Shown: piece by piece, positions 63,650 through 64,000 of the stretch
Numbering within the stretch: position 1 is the stretch's first letter
Layout: the number at the start of each line of letters is the position of its first letter
Origin: Pocillopora damicornis
Lineage: Eukaryota
Assembly (NCBI RefSeq): GCF_003704095.1
Contig: NW_020844266.1
Location: forward strand, 62,001-126,000
Length of the DNA stretch: 64,000 bases
Reading direction: 5' to 3'
The notes under the pieces: model-generated
The model's database searches: none
Told to the model about the DNA's origin: nothing
The model's input: the letters and a program-made list of their open reading frames with translations, nothing else
Position numbers and translations under genes: made by a program

Positions 63650-64000
63650 CCTGAGTTCTCGCAGAAAGCTGAGAATGAAAATTCAAGGAAAGAAATCGTA
63701 TCAGTTGACAAACTTAGTGTTTGTCCAGTCATGATGCACAACATATGCTTTCTGGACAATGTCGATTTGGTTATAGAAATCTATTGTTCCCAGAATTGAA
63801 CATACGAGTTTCACGTACAAGGTGAAGCTTGATGTCGCACTTAAAAATCTCAAATAGCATCTTAAGAAACCACAGCAAGGTTCCTGGAGTAAAACGATTA
63901 ATTCTCTTTAAAAGGCCTGAATTCATATCTCCTATAATATGGTGTGAGCCCATCATTGCCACATGGAAAGTTCGGTCGCTTTCCACCTTCGCTCTCAAAT

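Noticed and set aside
63771-63998. 75-aa minus-strand ORF and small inverted repeat at the window edge
   Set aside because: No recognisable motif and context is truncated by the window end; cannot be supported.

Overview
Eukaryotic, intron-rich animal genomic DNA with short N gaps. The repeat families and gene content suggest a stony coral or other anthozoan (inference). Gene order: a 42-exon CHD7/8/9 (kismet-type) chromatin remodeller (+, 3658-26974); a decayed PHIS/Harbinger-like DNA transposon with 41-bp TIRs and an ATT TSD (29831-31997); RAB2 (+, 9 exons); EMC8/9 (+, 6 exons); TMEM42 (+, 3 exons); an intronless 390-aa gene I do not recognise (-); and a ~2716-aa ZNFX1-family helicase (-) built from one 7.6-kb exon plus five small upstream exons. 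Main points of interest: (1) the ZNFX1 keeps intact helicase motifs and about 30 Cys/His finger units, but its C-terminal RZ finger lacks the catalytic Cys and His, so it may be a ligase-dead variant; (2) a candidate intronic C/D snoRNA in the CHD gene with an 11-nt 28S rRNA guide; (3) CHD-RAB2 adjacency as in vertebrates; (4) an apparently intronized part of a ZNFX1 5' exon; (5) fold-back repeats with hammerhead-like cores; (6) uORFs and a repeated [KR]LQH motif in the CHD gene. Exon models were read by hand from splice signals and reading-frame continuity; no database searches were run.
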